From the NCBI RefSeq assembly GCF_004010195.1, contig NC_057728.1, positions 41,075,821 through 41,139,820 on the forward strand: a stretch of 64,000 bases of DNA, read 5' to 3'. The notes beneath the pieces are model-generated. The model was not told the DNA's origin. It worked only from the letters and a program-made list of their open reading frames with translations, and made no database searches. Every line of letters starts with the position of its first letter. Position 1 is the stretch's first letter. Shown one piece after another: positions 40,340-52,074 of the stretch. Source of the DNA: Chiloscyllium plagiosum (lineage: Eukaryota). Both the position numbers and the translations under genes were made by a program.

Positions 40340-40956
40340 TTATTTACCTCTTGTCCTGAGCTCAGACCGTATCGGTGCTGGCAAGGTATGCAGTGCAGAC
40401 TTAAGTGGACCTTGCGGAGTTGGTAAGTGAGCCCCCACTTTATTTGGGGAGCACAGGATCTGGTATCAGACTCAGTTGGTGGAGATGATGCCGGTGGGGT
40501 AGGCCTGGCAATGAAAGGTAGTGCCTGAGTATCAGCGACTTCATCGTTAGTCGAGTCCAGCACTGGCAGTGGCGAAGTGGTGTCGGAAGGACATCACAAT
40601 GACGTTGACGTGGGCCGGGGATGGGAGATGCAACTCTAGTGTAGGTGGGTCCAGTGCAGGCGGCAGTGAGGCAGTAGCAGACAAGCTTTGTCCCTGCACT
40701 GAAGGTGGCACTGCCTGGTGACTTCCCTGTTAGTAGGGTCTGATTTAGACGGTAGTGAGACAGTGGAGGAAAGATGGGGACACAGGCTGGCTCAGGACTG
40801 CTCGACTTTCTTCAGCTATGCCTTTTTCTTTAAAACTTTTCAAAATAGTTCCAGATCATGGCAACAGTAGAAAAGCTTTTCACTGTGTATTTTACTGGTT
40901 TTTTTCCCCATTATAAAATACGCGTGACAATAAATCATGCACTCGTCATTCGTTCA
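40340..40956 (+). mobile_element. Putative non-autonomous element with GC-rich body and Rex1-like 3' tail
   Basis: Ends aaaagcttttcactgtgtatt...acgcgtgacaataaatcat..tcattcgttc. Confidence 0.5.
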
Positions 40957-41477
40957 AAAAAAACAAAATTGATCATGTGCCATATCGTCAGTGGGACTTG
41001 TTACATAAATATTTGCTTCTAACACAAAGTACATAGACAGGGTTTCACAGAGTGTATTAAAGTTTCAAAGAGTACCATTTAGCTTTTTAAAACCGTGCTG
41101 TATCAGTCTGGAATTCCACGATTGCCACTAATGTTCCTGCCACATTGACGGTCAGACTTATTCAGGCTGACTCCACACCAGCTCCTTGCTAATACACCAT
41201 TACGAAAGAAGCCAATCTTAGCCAGCAAATACATGTACTACTGCTTCGATTTAGAACCTCGAATATTATGGAAGGGAATTTGTGTTGTGTTGATGGCAAT
41301 TGCACTTGTGCCTTGTTGTAGACAGTAACCTTTTCTTTTATTTGCTAAATTTAAAACTAAGAGCTTTGGCAGTTTCTCTTTGGGCTTGATTGATGATTTT
41401 CTCCAGACAGTCCACTCTGTAAACGGTGGCAGGTTCAGCTGCTGCCTTGCCTTTATTCTGATACCATGACCAAGGTC

Positions 41478-41710
41478 TAACATATGAGGATCGGCTGAGG
41501 ATCCTGGGATTGTATTCATTGGAGTTTAGAAGATTAAGGGGAGCTAAATGTCTTCAAAGCAGAAATTGATAAATTCTTGATGTCACAAGGAATTAAGGAC
41601 TACGGGGAGAATGCGGGTAAGTGGAGTTGAAATGCCCATGATTGAATGGCGGAGTGGACTCGATAGGCCGAATGGCCTTACTTCCGCTCCTATGTCTTAT
41701 GGTCTTATGA
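41478..41710 (+). mobile_element. CR1-clade 3' end with an internal deletion
   Basis: gaatggcggagtggactcgataggccgaatggccttacttccgctcctatgtcttatggtcttatg tail. Confidence 0.8.
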
Positions 41711-42928
41711 TTTAATCATTAATTTGAAGGTTGGATTCAAGCTTGAGAAAGGGAACTACCTTTCGTCAAGCCCTGAGCTCTGTTCAGATTGGGGATTGGA
41801 GTGGTTGGTAAATTCTGCAACTTTGTCGACAGACTATTGTCAACAACTCAAAATACTTCAGGTTTCTTGTTACCATCAAAATATGTTCATAGATTATTTT
41901 ACTATCTGATTTTGTTTCTCATTACCTCTTTTGAATTGGGATGGGGTGAAGGGGGAGGACTATGAACTGAATGTGAGCTAATATAAATTTTCTAAACATG
42001 TATTATTTTCATGGCGTTTAGTTCGCGCTGCAACAGTTCTTCATTTGGTATTTCTGTACATCTTTCTTGGGGAAGTTAATTTGTAAACACAGCTCAGTTT
42101 TCGAGTATTGTCGAGGATGTTGAAAGAGCATGGACTGAATTCAAGGTCTGCTGTAGTTCATTGAAATAGACATGTATTTAAAATATTTGACAACTTACAA
42201 TTACATTTGTACAGCACTTTTTTAGCCATTGGGTATTTATGCCTAACTGAGCTCTTGATGTTTTCGGTCATGTAGAAGATATTCACTTTGTCATTGGTTT
42301 CAGATGATCAATTTGCAATATTAATTTGCCATCTTATCATTCTCAAAGTTTGCTTCTCCTTAAATAAAGTGCTTTGCTGGCAACTTGTACAATGTATGTG
42401 TAAATGGCACAGCAGTTCTAAATTCTGGAGGTTTCACTGCAGAGGTATCCTACCTGTAGCTCTCACGTATTTGCAGTAGAACAGTCAAAATGGACTCATT
42501 GTTCCCATTTGCTGTTATACTGTTTTTGAACTGGTTTAACCTGCATGGATTTTGTGTACTCAAAGTTTTTTTTTTAATCTATTTTTGGATAAGAGTAGCA
42601 ACCCTTGCTGAGTTGTTGATCAATTCTAAAAGAGTTCAAGACAAACTGTGTTAACAACTTGAGAAATTATCTACTTAAAGCCACAAAAACAGTTGTGCCT
42701 CTTAGCTCGGAGTAGCTACCTAATTCCACAAAATCTGAAAGATTGGCCAACCATGTACTCTCTTCTACACAAAACTAAGTTATTTTCCACACACCCCTGT
42801 CAATTAAACTTTTTTTAAAAATTGTACTATTTAATCTGCTACCATCAAACTGGGTTTTTATTCTCCATCCTTTCCATCAAAGACAGGAATATCCGAGACA
42901 GAGCAGGACATAACAAGAGTGAAGAGAG

Positions 42929-43122
42929 GCAAAAGTGAGGACTGCAGATGCTGGAAATCAGTGTCGGTTACAGTGGTGCTGGAAAAGCACAGCCTGTCAG
43001 GCAGCATCCGAGGAGCAGGAAAATCGATGTTTCGGGCAGAGAAGGGGTGGGGGGGGGGAGAGAGAGAAGGTGGTGAGGGGAAATTAGGAAACTGGTGAAG
43101 TCCACATTGATGCTCTGGGGTT
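42929..43122 (-). mobile_element. Short PLE family 1 insertion (tail, pLTR end and ORF-end remnant)
   Basis: aaagtgaggactgcagatgctgga...aatcgatgtttcgggc; flanking 10-mer gtgaagagag at about 42919 and 43123. Confidence 0.8.
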
Positions 43123-43537
43123 GGTGAAGAGAGCACAGGGAGGAAGAGGATGATGGGGCGGGAATTGAATTGTGCTGGTTAGTGAAGCAGTTGGTGTGAA
43201 GGAGCTATTTTGAGAAGAAATACATTATTTATATTGTGACATTTTATACAAATCACACTATGTGCTTTTATTAAACTGGTCTGTGCTATCTTCTATGACA
43301 CTTCTTTTGCCTGTCGTTCTCTGCTTTTTATTTTCTGCTTATCTGTTGGTTGCCTTTTTTTCTCTTTATGATTCATTTCAATGATGTGTGTTCCTTTCTT
43401 CCTTTTCTGCATACTATGTTGTTCTTGGTTTCAATCTCTCTCCTCATTGTTTATGGTAGGTATAGTAGTCAGAAGAGGGATCTGCCTACAACAGCGTGTG
43501 CAGATTAGAGGCAAGAGATGGCATCTAGCCAGGCATG

Positions 43538-43824
43538 ATTTGGAAGTGCCAGTGTTGGACTGGGGTGTAAAAACTTAAAAATCACAACACTGGGTTATAG
43601 TCCAACAGGTTTATTTGGAAGCACTGCTCCTTCATTAGGTGGTTGGATGGACTTGGGCTATTTTCCTTGGAGTGACAGAGGCTGAGGGGTGACCTTGTAG
43701 ATGTTTATAAAATCATGACTGGCATAGATATGGACAACCACCTGATAAAGGAGCAGCCCTCCGAAAGCTAGTGCTTCCAAATAAACCTGTTGGACTGTAA
43801 CCTAGTGTTGTGTGTCTTTTGATT
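43538..43824. mobile_element. PLE family 2 inverted-arm insertion enclosing a CR1 fragment
   Basis: TSD ctagccaggcatg / ctatccaggcatg (43525-43537, 43825-43837); arms gtccaacaggtttatttggaagcact / agtgcttccaaataaacctgttggac. Confidence 0.85.
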
Positions 43825-44060
43825 CTATCCAGGCATGCAGTGTTGGCATACTGTGTGCCTGGTTGCAGGCGGCAGCATTCATAGGCTGATGCTGTTAGCC
43901 CCTATCCTAATATCTGCTCCACAGTACATGTTATAGAGTCATTGAGAGATACAACATGGAAACAGACCCTTCGGTCCAATTCATCCATGCTGACTAGACA
44001 TCCGAAATAAGTCTACTCCCAATTGCCAGCACTTGGTACATATCCCTCTTAAACCCTTCC

Positions 44061-44368
44061 GCACAGTAGCTCAGTGGTTAGCACTGTTGCCTCACAGCAT
44101 CAGGGGTCTGGGTTCAAGTCCCACGTTAGGTGACTGTCTGTATGGACCATGCACATTCTCCCCATGTCTGTGCAGCTTTCCTCCCACAATCCAAAGATGT
44201 GCAGGTTAGGTGAATTGGCCATGCTAAATTGCCCATAATGTTAGGTATGTTAGTGAGGGGTAAAATATCGGGTAGGGGAATGGGTCTAGGTGGGTTACCC
44301 TTCAGATGGTTGGTGTGGACTTGTTGGGCCGAAAGGCCTATTTCCATACTGAAGGGAATCTAATCTAA
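44061..44368 (+). mobile_element. HE1-type V-SINE nested in CR1
   Basis: gcacagtagctcagtggttagcactg (A-box) ... gggttcaagtccc (B-box) ... aatctaatctaa. Confidence 0.93.
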
Positions 44369-44574
44369 TTTATTCATATGCCCATCCAGATGCCTTTTAA
44401 ATGTTGTAATTGTACCAGCCTCCACCACTTCCTTTGGCAGCTCATTCCATAGATGCACCAGCCGCTGTGTGAAAAGGTTACTCATGAGGTGCCTTTGTTT
44501 AAATCTTGCCCCTCTCACCTTAAACCTATGCCGTCTAGTTTTGGAGTCCTCCATCCTCGGGAGAAGACCCTGCT

Positions 44575-46690
44575 CTAATTTGTTCCAGGATACAAATGCT
44601 ACAGGAAGGATAGAAAGGGAGGCAAGAGAGGAGGGGGAGTGGCATTTTTGATAAGGGATAGCATTACAGCTGTGCTGAGGTAGGATATTCCTGGAAATCC
44701 ATCCAGGGAAGTTATTTGGATGGAATTGAGAAATAAGAAAGGGACGATCACCTTATTGGGATTGTATTATAGACCCCCTAATAGTCAGAGGGAAATTGAG
44801 AAACAAACTTGTAAGGAGATCTCGGCTATCTGTAAGAATAACAGGGTGGTTATGGTAGGGGATTTTAATTTTCCAGACATAGACTGGGACTGCCATAGCA
44901 TTAAGGGTTTTGATGGAGATGAATTTAAGTGTGTACAAGAAACTTTTCTGATTCATTATGTGGATGTACCTACTACAGAAGGTGCAAAACCTGACCTACT
45001 CTTGGGAAATAAGGCAGGGTAAGTGACTGAGGTGTCAGTGGAGGAGCACTTAGGAGCCAGTGACCATAATTCTATTAGATTTAAAATAGTGGTGGAAAAG
45101 GATAGACCAGATCTAAAAATTGAAATTCTAAATTGGAGGAAGGCCAATTTTGACGGTATTCGGCAAGAACTTTCAAAAGCTGATTGGGGGCAGATGTTCG
45201 CAGGTAAAGGGACGGCTGGAAAATGGGAAGCCTTCAGAAATGAGATAACGAGAATCCAGAGACAGTATATTACTGTTGGGGTGAAAGGAAAGACTGGTAG
45301 GTATAGGGAATGCTAGATGACTAAAGAAATTGAGGGTTTGGTGAAGGTAAAGAAGGAAGCATATGTAGCATCAGTATTTACTGTGGAAAAGGATATGGAA
45401 GATGTAGACTGTAGGGAAATAGATGGTGACACCTTGCAAAATGTCCATATTACAGAGGAGGAAGTGCTGGATGTCTTGAAACGCATAAAAGTGGATAAAT
45501 CCCCAGGACCTGATCAGGTGTACCCGAGAACTCTGTGGAAAGCTAGAGAAGTGATTGCTGGGCTTCTTGCTGAGATATTTGTATCATTGATAGTCACAGG
45601 TGAGGTGCCGGAAGACCTGGAGGTTGGCTAATGTGCCACTGTTTAAGAAAGGTGGTAAGTACAAGCCGGGAACTATAGATCAGTGAGCCTGACGTCGGTG
45701 GTTGGCAAATTGTTGGAGGGAATTCCAACAATTGTCATTTACGTAAATGATTTGGATGTGAGCATAAGAGGTACAGTTAGTAAGTTTGCAGATAACACCA
45801 AAATTTGAGGTGTAGGAGGACAGCGAAGAGGGTTACCTCCGCTTACAACAGGATCTGGACCAGATGGGCCACTGGGCTGAGAAGTGGCAGATGGAGTTTA
45901 ATTCAGATAAATGCGAGGTGCTGCATTTTGGGAAAGCAAATCTTAGCAGGACTTGTAACTTAATGGTAAGGTCCTAGGGAGTGTTGCTGAAGAAAGAGAC
46001 ATTGGAGTGCAGATTCATAGCTCCTTGAAAGTGGAACAGGTAGGTAGGATAGTTCAAAAAGCGTTTGGTATGCTTTCTTTTTTCGGTCAGAGTTGGGAGG
46101 TCATGTTGCGGCTGTGCAAGACATTGGTTAGGCCACTGTTGAAATATTGTGTGCAATTCTGGTCTCCTTCCTATCGGAAAGATGTTGTGAAACTTGAAAG
46201 GGTTCAGAAAAGATTTACAAGGATGTTGCCAGGGTTGGAGGATTTGACCTATAGGGAGAGGTTGAACAGGTTGGGCTGTTTTCCCTGGAGCGTCGGAGGC
46301 TGAGGGCTGACTTTGTAGAGGTCTTCAAAATTATATGGGGCATGGATAGAGTAAATAGGCAAAGTCTTTTCCCTGGAGTCAGGGATTTCAGATCTAGAGG
46401 GCATATGTTTAGAGTGAGAGGGGAAAGATATAAAAGAGACCTAAGGGGCAACGTTTTCAGAGGGTGGTACGTGTATGGAATGAGCTGCCAGAGGAAGTGG
46501 TGGAGGCATGTACAATTGCAACATTTAAGAGGCATTTGGATGGATATATGAACAGGGAGGGTTTGGAGGGATATGGGCCGGGTGCTGGCAGGTGGGACTA
46601 GATTGGTTTAGGATAGCTGGCCAGCATGGACAGTTTGGACCGAAGGGTCTGTTTCCATGCTGTACATCTCTCTGGCTATGGCTCTGACTC
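44575..46690 (+). mobile_element. HER1/CR1 LINE, longest copy: APE endonuclease plus RT, with stops, frameshifts and internal deletions
   Basis: ORFs 44720.. (GLYYRPPNS, MVGDFNFPDIDW), 45023.. (HLGASDHNSIRF), 45317.. (KSPGPDQVYPR) and 46007.. ([15 protein letters not shown]). Confidence 0.95.
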
Positions 46691-47254
46691 TTATCCTATC
46701 ATGCTAATCATTATTTTATTAACCTCTACAAGGTCACTCCTCAGCATCTGCCACTCCAAGGGAAAAAGTCCAAGCCTATTCAACCTCTCCCTATCCCTCA
46801 AAACCTTCAATCCTGGTAACATCCTTGTAAATCTTTTCTGAACCCTTTGAGTTTCACAACATCCTTTCTATAGCAGGGAGACCAGAATTGCATGCAGCAT
46901 TCCACAAGTAACCTAACCAGTGTCCTGTTCAGCTACAACATGACCTTCCAACTCCTGTATTCAATGCATTGATCAATAAAGGTAAGCATACCAAACACCG
47001 CCTTCACTATCCTATCTACCTGCGACTCCACTTTCAATGAGCTATGAACCTGCACTCCAAGGTCTCTTTGTTCAGCAACACTCCCCAGGACCTTCCCATT
47101 AAGTGTATAAGTCTTGCTAAGATTTGCCTTTCCAAAATGCAGCAGCTCACATTTATCTAGATTAAACTTATTTAAATTTAAAATGTTCCTTCACATAGTA
47201 AAACTTACCTCCAAGGAAATGGGGTCTAAGGGAATTGACAAAAAAAGTTAAGAT

Positions 47255-47858
47255 TTTTCATCAGAGTATTGAGTACAGGAGTTGGGAGGTCATCTTGCAG
47301 CTGTACAAGACATTGGTTAGACCAGTTTTGGAATTGTGTGTGCATATCAGGTCTCCTTCCTTTTGGAAAGATGTTGTGAAACTTGAAAGGGTACAGAAAA
47401 GATTTACAAGGATGTTGCCAGTGTTGGAGGATTTGAAGTATAGGGGGAATTTGAATAGGCTGTGACTGTGTTTTTATCTGGAGCGTCGGAGGCTGAGGGG
47501 TAACTTTATAGAAGTTTATAAAATCATGAGGGGCGTGAGTATGATAAATAGACAAAGTCGCTTCCCCTGGAGGGCACAGGTTTAGGGTGAGAGGGGAAAA
47601 ATGCAAAAGAGACCTAAGGGACAACCTTTTCACGCAGAAAGTGGTACGTGTATGGAATGAGCTGCCAGAGGAAATGGTGGAGGCTGGTACAATTGCAACT
47701 TTTAAAAGGCATCTGGGTGGGTATATGAAAAGGAAGGGTTTGGAGGGATATGGGCCAGGTGCTGACAGGTGGGACTAGATTGGGATATCTGGTCAGCATG
47801 GATGAGTTGGACCGAAGGGTCTGTTTCCGTGCCGTACATCTCTATGACTCTGACTCTA
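47255..47858 (+). mobile_element. HER1/CR1 3' fragment
   Basis: ORFs 47235.. (LYKTLVRPVLE) and 47587.. (FTQKVVRVWNELPEE); tail ctatgactctgactct. Confidence 0.93.
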
Positions 47859-48104
47859 CAGCATCTCTAATTGGATGAATTGATGAGGACAAAATGAGCA
47901 TGAATCAGCAGTGCCATCTGGTGCTGGGAAACCTGTTACAACTAACATCCAACGTGAGGAACAAGAGCGACAACAGATTTATTTTTAAAAAGTGTGATAA
48001 AACAAATGCGTGATCAAGAAATTATAATAGAGATATATTGTTGACTTATCAGGTTCTCTTCTCCATTGATAAACGCTGTACATTAATTTTTTAAGAGGGG
48101 GGGG

Positions 48105-48428
48105 CACTGGTGTACTAGTAATGTCACTGGACCAATAATCCAGAACCCCAGGCTAATGCTCTGAGGATATGAGTTTGAATCCCACCGTGGTAGATGGAAA
48201 ACGTAAATTCAAGTTTTAAAAATTGGGAATTCAAAGTGACCACCTAACCACTATCAACTGTTATGAAAAACCATCTGGTTCACTAATGTCCTTTTAGGGA
48301 AGGAAACTGGGGTTGCTTACTGGGTCTGGCCTACAGGCTCACCACAATATGGTTGACACTTCACTGTCCTCCAGGCAATTAGGAATGGATAATACATGCT
48401 GGCATTGCTAGTGAAATCCATATTCCTA
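48105..48428 (+). mobile_element. Family B SINE, near full length
   Basis: ggtgtactagtaatgtcactggac...gagtttgaatcccacc...ccatctggttcactaatgtccttttagggaaggaa. Confidence 0.85.
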
Positions 48429-49097
48429 CAGTCATAGTACAATTGTAAACTTTTCAAAAGGGTTAATGCCAAAATGATGTGTTTTTATGTTAGTTAGTCA
48501 TGCATTACAACAGAGCGTGACAAGGTGAAGTCGCTTTTTTGCCAACCACGGTGACTTGTTGTCATAGGATTAAAAGTGGCTGCTCCTGGCTGTTTTAGCA
48601 TGTTGTTTTATACGTCACAATCTTGCATTGGCATGTGTCAGCAGCTTGTCTCTGTGAGGCAAAAAGATTAGTTGCTTTTTACAGATACAACTTGTTCCTG
48701 CTGGTTTTCCACTTGACATTAACAATTAAAGGGTGGTGAAATGCAGGAAATGTAGTATTGCAAATTCTGGCCTTAAAAATGATCATTATCTGTTTGTATT
48801 CATTCTGATCAGTACAGCAGATTTCATTTGAAGAAATGGCAGTTCTCAGATTTTTTTAAAAAAACCAGTAAAATATTCCTTTTGTTTCAAAATAAGTCTG
48901 CAAAAGCTTTTATTTTTTGCATACAATGTTTTGAGATTTCTTTTATGCCACCCTCCCTCCTGATTCAGAAGGCTGAAGATTAAAGTTCACATTAGACCAA
49001 CACCGTGCAGTATTATTGACTCATTGATGCCGGAGCTGCTATCTCCTTGGTGAGTTATAAAACTGAGTTCTTCACTATTTCATTAGATGCACGTAAA

Positions 49098-49334
49098 TTA
49101 GATTATATTAGATTCCCTACAGTGTGGAAACAGGCCCTTCGGCCCAACCAATCCACACCGACCCTCCGAAGAGTAATCCACCCAGACCCATTTCCCTTTG
49201 ACTAATGCACCTAACATATGGGCAATTTAGCATGGTCAATTCACCTGACCTGCACATCCTTTGGACTGTGGGAGGAAACCGGAGCACCTGAAGGAAACCC
49301 ACGCAGGCAGGGGGAGAATGTGCAAACTCCACAC
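49098..49334 (-). mobile_element. HE1-type V-SINE, 5'-truncated
   Basis: ttagatt..gtgtggaaacaggcccttcggcccaac...aatgtgcaaactccacac. Confidence 0.92.
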
Positions 49335-49508
49335 ATCCCCCATGGTGATATTTGATGAAGAAGACAGATTCCTGGTGATGTGACCAATATTGCTCCTGTA
49401 GCTCGCAACACCACAAAAAAAAGTTGTATTTGTCCCGTAGTTCTTACTATTATGTGACATGTCCATTTTCTTTGTGACCACTGATGTAATTTGGAGGTGT
49501 AGTGTAAG

Positions 49509-50964
49509 CTGAAAATGTGTTGCTGGAAAAGCACAGCAGGTCAGGCAGCATCCAAGGAGCAGGATAATCGACGTTTCGGGCATGAGCCCTTCTTCAGGAA
49601 TGAGGAAAGTGTGCCAAGCAGGCTAAAATAAAAGGTAGGGGGAGGGGTGTTGGAAATGCGATAGGTGGAAGGAGGTTAAGGTGAGGGTGATAGGCTGGGG
49701 TGGGGTCAGGGGCGGAGAGGTCAGGAAGAAGATCGCAGGTTAGGAAGGTGTGCTGAGTTCAATGGTTGGGACTGAGACAAGGTGGGGGAGGGGAAATGAG
49801 GAAACCGGAGAAATCTGAGTTCATCCCTTGTGGTTGGAGAGTTCCTCGGCGGAAGATGAGGCGCTCTTCCTCCAGCTGTCGTGTTGCCATGGTCTGGCAA
49901 TTTGAGATGGCCAAGGACCTGCATGTCCATGGTGGAGTGGGAGGGGGAGTTGAAGTGTTGAGCCATGGGGTGGTTGGGTTGGTTGGTCTGGGTATCCCAG
50001 AGGTGTTCTCTGAAACATTCCGCAAGTAGGCGGTCTGTCTCCCCAATATAGAGGAGGCCACATCAGGTGCAGCGGATGCAATAGATGATGTGTGTGGAGG
50101 TGCAGGTGAATTTGTGGCGGATATGGAAGTGTCCCTTGGGGCCTTGGAGGGAAGTAAGGGGGGAGGTGTGGGCGCAAGTTTTGCATTTCTTGCGGTTGCA
50201 GGGGAAGGTGCCGGGAGTGGAGGTTGGGTTGGTGGGGGGTGTGGACCTGACGAGGGAGTCACGGAGGGAGTGGTCTTTACGGAATGCTGATAGGGGAGGG
50301 GAGGGAAATATATCCTGGGTGGTGGGGTCCGTTTGGAGGTAGCGGAAATGACGGCGGATGATGCGTGTAGTCTAGGTAGCTGTGGGAGTCGGTCGGTTTA
50401 TAGTAAATGTCAGTGTTGATTCGGTCGCCTGAGATGGAAATGGAGAGGTCTAGGATGGGAAGGGAGGAGTCCGAGACGGTCCAGGTAAATTTGAGGTCAG
50501 GGTGGAAGGTGTTAGTAAAGTGGATGAACTGTTCAACCTCCTCGTGGGAGCATGAGGCAGCGCCGATACAGTCATCGATGTAGTGGAGGAAAAGGTGGGG
50601 GGTGGTGCCAGTGTAGCTGCGTAAGATGGACTGCTCCACATATCCAACGAAGAGGCAGGCATAGCTGGGGCCCATGGCTACTCCTTTGGTTTGGAGGAAG
50701 TGGGAGGATTGGAAAGAGAAGTTGTTCAGAGTGAGAACCAGTTCAGTCAGTCGAAGGAGGGTGTCAGTGGAAGGGTACTGGTTGGTACAGCAGGAAAGAA
50801 AGAAGCGGAGAGTTTTGAGTCCTTCGTGATGGGGGATGGAGGTGTACAGGGACTGGATGTCCATGGTGAAGATAAGGCATTGGGGACTGGGGAAGCGAAA
50901 ATCATGGAGGAGCTGATTAGAGATCAGCTCTGATCTCCAGCATCTGCAGTCCTCACTTTCTCCT
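49509..50964 (-). mobile_element. Penelope-like element (Neptune-type), 5'-truncated: RT, Cys-rich linker, GIY-YIG endonuclease and pLTR end
   Basis: ORF 50277..51029 FTMDIQSLYTSIPH / QTKGVAMG / YIDDCIG / YYKPTDSHSYLDY; manual translation gives CNRKKCKTCAH and IIYCIRCT*CGLLYIGET; C-terminus LEEERLIFRRGTLQPQGMNSDF; TSD aggtgtagtgtaag at 49495-49508 and 50965-50978. Confidence 0.95.
49570..49597 (-). ncRNA. Minimal hammerhead ribozyme core in the PLE pLTR
   Basis: Reverse complement CUGAAGA-A-GGGC-UCAU-GCCC-GAAA-C-GUC: both conserved core boxes, 4-bp stem II, palindromic ACGU stem III and a GUC triplet; stem I is weak. Confidence 0.7.
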
Positions 50965-52074
50965 AGGTGTAGTGTAAGGTCTGACTGTATCTTGTTGCCT
51001 GCCTCTAATGACACCATGGACAGGTACACTATGCATTGCTTAAGTTAACATGTTCATCTGAACCAGTGCATATGAATTTAAACAGTGTCAGTTTTCAACT
51101 TGGGCCAGCTGTGAAGGGGATGGGAGAGGAGCGCTTCTCAAAAATATTTGGCCGGTTTAATGATGCTGCCAAGAATGATTAAAATATAAAAGGGACACAA
51201 TTGAATTTTGGATAACTTTGTAGAGAATGATTTTTTTATATATATAGCCTGAAGGAATGTGGTCACTTAATGGTTATGTGAGAGAATATAATTTTGCTGG
51301 AAACCAGATTTTGTAACTTCTGTACTAGTGTCTTCAAATAAAAAAACATCAACTGAAGTAATTGTTCATTAGCGAGGTTTGAATTGGTTCAAAGTAGCAG
51401 TTTGATTCTGAACTGAGGAGAGAAAGCAGTTGGGATAGAGACCTCCTGTTGCTAAAAACACTACAGGAAAGCCTGTAAGCAACCCACAGAGCTCTCTCAC
51501 TCTCATTTGCTGTCATGCACACACTCATAAATTTGGAAAAGTAATAACAATACTTAATGACTTGGCAAAAAGAAAACCTCTTCAAGCCAATACTCAAATC
51601 TAACTGGCTACTGAATTAAAAACTGTTACAGTCGACAACAATGTGATATCATTGCTTCAAAAAAACGGAGAAAATCTATCTAATTTTGCTCCTTTTGGCT
51701 TGACATTTGATCCATAGACTTCCTGCCTTTCTTTTTCCTGGCCATATTTTCCACCCATATTTTTTTTTAAAAAAACTTTGTCTCAGCTGTCTGTCAATCT
51801 AATATGTGTATGTTTAGATTTCAAGGTGATAAAGTTCAAGTTTTCATATTAGTAATGAATGTGTTTTTGCCACATATTAAGACATTAGGTTTGTTATAGC
51901 CGGGTTTTTTTTTGTTTTCTCCTTTAAAACCTGGCGTGAGTTTCTTCTAACTGAGATGAGTCATATTTGGGCACAGTAAGTGTCCTAGTGTTTACGTTGA
52001 TCATCCACACATAACAAATGATGGAAAAGTGAAGTTTGATTTAGTGCACTATTCCCACCAGTGATGTAACAATA

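Larger units (their letters stand above)
43932..47166 (-). mobile_element. HER1/CR1 LINE (minus strand) split by an HE1 SINE and a plus-strand CR1; pieces 43932-44060, 44369-44572 and 46690-47166
   Basis: ORF 44360..44554 LFTQRLVHLWNELPKEVVEAG; sequence resumes collinearly after each insertion. Confidence 0.88.

Noticed and set aside
44061..44125. tRNA genes (also about 7670-7735, 15190-15255 and 63281-63345)
   Set aside because: The A and B boxes continue directly into SINE bodies, so these are tRNA-derived SINE heads.
44720..46551. Active autonomous CR1 element
   Set aside because: In-frame stops at about 45020 and 45314, frameshifts and a large deletion in the RT near 45730.
50277..51029. 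250-aa ORF as an intact RT or telomerase-like host gene
   Set aside because: The N-terminus comes from flanking DNA and the inverted tail; the RT is 5'-truncated and internally deleted, and the GIY-YIG region has a stop codon.
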